Source of the DNA: an uncultured Planctomycetaceae bacterium | GTDB taxonomy: Bacteria > Planctomycetota > Planctomycetia > Planctomycetales > Planctomycetaceae | Assembly: GCA_963813715.1 (NCBI GenBank) | Contig: CAWFAK010000005.1 | Coordinates: forward strand, 384,001-448,000 | Direction of reading: 5' to 3' | DNA: 64,000 nucleotides | Shown: piece after piece, positions 63,156-64,000 of the stretch | Layout of the letters: each line of letters starts with the position of its first letter | How positions within the stretch are numbered: the first letter of the stretch is position 1 | Notes under the pieces: generated by a model | Seen by the model: only the letters and a program-made list of their open reading frames with translations | Told to the model about the DNA's origin: nothing | Database searches by the model: none | Program-made: the position numbers and the translations under genes

Positions 63156-63277
63156 TTGCCACCCCGCTCTTTTTTCTCTCGGTCGCAAAGCGGAGCGCCT
63201 CGGGGCACCCTGCCGCAGTATGATGGGACAGGCAGATCATAATCCGGGCCACGATCTTGGCTGACCGAGTTCGCGAA

Positions 63278-63757
63278 ATGTCCGAACCACCGCTGCCAAC
63301 GAAACAAGGGAACTTCGGGCTATCGATCTTCGACCCCGGTTTCCAGTTTCTGGTTCGGTGTCCGCACTGCGACGCTTGCGCCGAGGTCACAGTGGTCACG
63401 GGCCGCCCCGGGTGGTCCATCCGCTTGACGTGTTCCACTTGCGGAAAGTCCAAACAATCCGGCGTTCGTGTAATCTACGAGGGAAGGCCAATCGATCCGT
63501 CTTTTCAGTTGCCCTTGTGGTTGCAGCGTCCTTGCTGCGGCAAAACACTTTGGGCGTATAATCTTGGGCACGTCGCCTTCCTCGAGGCGTATCTCGGCGC
63601 ATCCCAGCGTTCGCGCCGCCTGGCCTGGAACCTATGAATACGAGCCGGCGGCATGCGCCCCGGCCATCTGCCGCAGTGGATGAAGGCCGCCAAGAATCGC
63701 GAGCAAGTCCTTCGCGGGATCGCGTCACTGCGTGAGATGGCACTCGCATCCGACTAG
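63278..63757 (+). CDS. Zn-ribbon hypothetical protein (frameshifted near 63630-63660)
   Basis: VRCPHC, LTCSTCG, DPSFQLPLWLQ.PCCG..LWAYN..H..FLEAY; LPQWMKAAKNREQVL. Confidence 0.75.
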
Positions 63758-63768
63758 CGCACGGCGTG

Positions 63769-64000
63769 CTACTCGTCCGTCACGCAGCCTTCCGACGCGC
63801 TCTTCACGTTCTTGATGTACTTGTAGAGCGTGCCGCGGGTGAATTTGTACGGCGGCGCTTGCCAGGCGGCGCGGCGTTTCGCCAGTTCGCTATCGGAGAG
63901 GGCGACGTCGATGCGGTTCTTGTCTGCGTCGATGGTGATGGCGTCGCCGTCGTGAACGAGGGCGATCGGCCCGCCTTCCTGGGCTTCCGGGGTGATGTGA
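63769..64000 (-). CDS. ilvD: Dihydroxy-acid dehydratase, 3' end
   Basis: [25 protein letters not shown]...[22 protein letters not shown]. Confidence 0.93.
   Translation of the reverse strand, partial: HITPEAQEGGPIALVHDGDAITIDADKNRIDVALSDSELAKRRAAWQAPPYKFTRGTLYKYIKNVKSASEGCVTDE

Overview
High-GC (~65%) bacterial DNA whose gene families and N-terminal styles point to Planctomycetota (inference). Many genes carry single-base frameshifts, including recG, feoB and the ybaL-type antiporter, which most likely reflects long-read indel errors rather than pseudogenisation. 0-11 kb: secreted hydrolases and a large carboxypeptidase-regulatory-like repeat protein. 11-16 kb: TetR-regulated ABC/MFP export operon. 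17-23 kb: a P1B-type metal ATPase fused to an SPFH/HflK domain, followed by hflC- and hflK-like genes. 25-30.5 kb: a CPA2 antiporter and an M1 metallopeptidase fused to an Omp85/BamA-type barrel. 32-52 kb: core genes (recG, penicillin acylase family, UAP-type pyrophosphorylase, manC, ruvX, ECF sigma/anti-sigma, feoA-feoA-feoB with a 7-1-7 Fur-like box, rluD, FAH family, oxidoreductase). 52.5-63.8 kb: an accessory region ending at the ilvD 3' end. Its most striking feature is an array of about 10 tiny, mutually unrelated, mostly membrane ORFs that all begin with one shared DNA head (consensus CCGCTAGAATGACGGC-ATG-AGC-GAC-GA, i.e. -10 box + 6 nt + start + MSD[E]). The array is interrupted by a TGTCCCGTCCC repeat patch into which an intact IS4 element has inserted.
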